In this document: positions 62,020 to 64,000 of the stretch, piece after piece | Layout: each line of letters starts with the position of its first letter | Position numbering within the stretch: position 1 is the first letter of the stretch | NCBI RefSeq assembly: GCF_009914755.1 | Contig: NC_060931.1 | Length of the DNA stretch: 64,000 bases | Strand: one strand, 5' to 3' | Source: the human T2T-CHM13v2.0 reference genome, Homo sapiens | The notes under the pieces: generated by a model | What the model was told of the DNA's origin: nothing | Databases searched by the model: none | Seen by the model: the letters and a program-made list of their open reading frames with translations, nothing else | Made by a program: the position numbers and the translations under genes

Positions 62020-62278
62020 AGTTTACAGAATTTCCGATTCCAGATAAGTTCTGGAGATCTGTTGTACAATATCATGACTATACTTAATAGTAATGTTTAT
62101 ACACTTGAAAACTGGAAAAAGAGGAGATCTTAAATGTTCTCAGAATAAGTGTATGAAGTGATGGATATGATAATTAGCTTCATTTAATCATTCCACAATA
62201 TGTAAAATATCATGTTGTATACCATAAACATATACAGTTTCTATTTGTTAGTTTAAAAAAAAGAAGAGAAAAAAAAAG
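62020..62278 (+). mobile_element. L1MA 3'UTR end
   Basis: aagttctggagatctgttgtacaa, gatcttaaatgttctca, gtgatggatatg, A tail. Confidence 0.85.
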
Positions 62279-62821
62279 AGCTTGTATAAGTTCCAAGTGT
62301 GCTTGGGCCACATGTGCCTAGAACCTAGAAATGCATTGTTTAGTAAAGGTACTTGCCTGGCACTCATATTGCCATATTCATTTCTAAGTTACACCTCCCA
62401 TTTCACTGGTAATTTCTATATAGGTGCTGCATAAATGCCTGCTGCTCACTAAGGAGAAACACTTTCTAAATAAAACCGTGTGTGTGGAGTGCCAACAATT
62501 ATAATCTTTCTCATGCCTGTCATTTGAGCAGAACTGCTCAGAGTGGTATGGCTCTAATTTGTTTTCAGAATATTAGATTTTAAAATTTCAGATTCTGGTA
62601 TAATGTTGAGAAGTATGATATGTACAATATGATATTTGTACCTTTTACTCTGGCTCTAATTTGTTTTATGTTAAGAGAATAATTTTTAACAGATGCAGTT
62701 TATACTTAGCTATCAATGGTGAAAGTTCTGATTTTCAAAATATATCCGAACTTACCCGAGCTAGTTCTTTTCTGACAATGGTGGGAGATCCTCTAGTTGC
62801 TAAAGCATTGTTCTGTACTTA

Positions 62822-62891
62822 CTATCTATCTATCTATCTATCTATCTACCTACCTATCCATCCATCCATCCATCCATCCATCCATCTATCT
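62822..62891. repeat. (CTAT)n(CTAC)n(CCAT)n compound STR at an Alu tail position
   Basis: Seen directly. Confidence 0.92.
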
Positions 62892-63181
62892 AGACAGAGT
62901 TTTGCTCTTGTTGCTCAGGCTGGACTGCAGTGGCGGGATCTCAGCTCACTGCAACCTCTGCCTCCCGGGTTCAAGCGATTCTCCTCCCTCAGCCTCCTGT
63001 ATCCCAGCCTGTAGCTGGGATTACAGGCGCATGGCACCACCCCCAGCTAATTTTATATTTTTAGTAGAGACGGGGTTTCACCATGTTGGCCAGGCTGGTC
63101 TCAAACTCCTGACCTCAGGTGATCCTCCCGCCTCGGCCTCCCAAAGTGCTGGGATTACAGACATGAGCCACCGGACTCAGC
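62892..63181 (-). mobile_element. Alu (AluSq/Sx-like)
   Basis: Antisense dimer. Confidence 0.92.
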
Positions 63182-63182
63182 A

Positions 63183-63416
<234 letters not shown>

Positions 63417-63479
63417 CTCTTTAAAAGTATTAGTTCATTTATTACTTAGAAAAAATGTTTAGGTTGGTTTTATTATTAC

Positions 63480-63605
63480 CACGATTTTATAGATTGAAGT
63501 AATAATACAAGGGGGATCCAAAGTTAAAAAGAGTAAGCGATTTCTTCAAAGTCATGTCATTTCTAAGTGATGGGGCTGGAATCCAGTACCAGTCAGTCTG
63601 ATTAG
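63480..63605. mobile_element. MIR fragment
   Basis: attttatagattgaag...caaagtca...aagtgatggggctggaatccagtaccagtcagtctga. Confidence 0.6.
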
Positions 63606-64000
63606 AGAGAAGGTACTTGTGACTCAAATGTCAGCTTTCTGCTCCTGGTAAAGCCTTTTCAGGAGAAGAGTCCCAAGCACGATGTTTTTTTATGTTTTAC
63701 CCACACTTCCTGGCACAATGTAGTCCACAGCAAAAGATCAAAGAGGACTCCATTCAAGAAGAGGGGTCTGTGACTGAAATCACACTGCTGGTTGACTTTA
63801 TCTTCTCCTGAGAATGCCCGCCCAGCAGCTTCCCTCAAGCAAAATTGATCTGAAAACTTTAGGCACCGAAGATAAGATTCTAATGGAGAAAATCTTGATT
63901 TAGATTTCCTTAGGCATGGAGATATTCTAGGCCCTGCAGCATTCGGAAGGACTGAGAAGTGACATTCACTGAGTTAACTCCCTTAAATGTGGGGCTACAC

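Overview
AT-rich primate genomic DNA (AluY, THE1 and MER1A point to a simian, probably human or ape). It looks intronic or intergenic and is dominated by interspersed repeats: about 20 Alus, several nested ancient L1M elements, THE1/MLT/LTR solo LTRs, MER1A, MER5, two Tigger2b-like DNA transposons, MIR/L2 relics and microsatellites. I cannot support any protein-coding gene, tRNA, rRNA or CRISPR array. The listed ORFs are repeat-derived, low-complexity or unrecognisable. The most notable structure is an apparent ancient ~7.7-kb inversion (48.6-56.3 kb) bounded by two inverted Tigger2b copies, revealed by an MLT2 LTR and its host L1 split across opposite strands. Other signals: a ~160-bp unique-sequence duplication abutting a nested palindrome (59.0/61.1-61.4 kb), a ~520-bp (TTTC)n tract grown from an Alu tail, a cloverleaf-like fold at 32.8-32.9 kb, motif-dense enhancer candidates (25.3, 43.1, 59.3 kb) and candidate exons of an unidentified, probably non-coding transcript. 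Repeat subfamily names come from recalled consensus sequences, not a RepeatMasker run, and boundaries are approximate.
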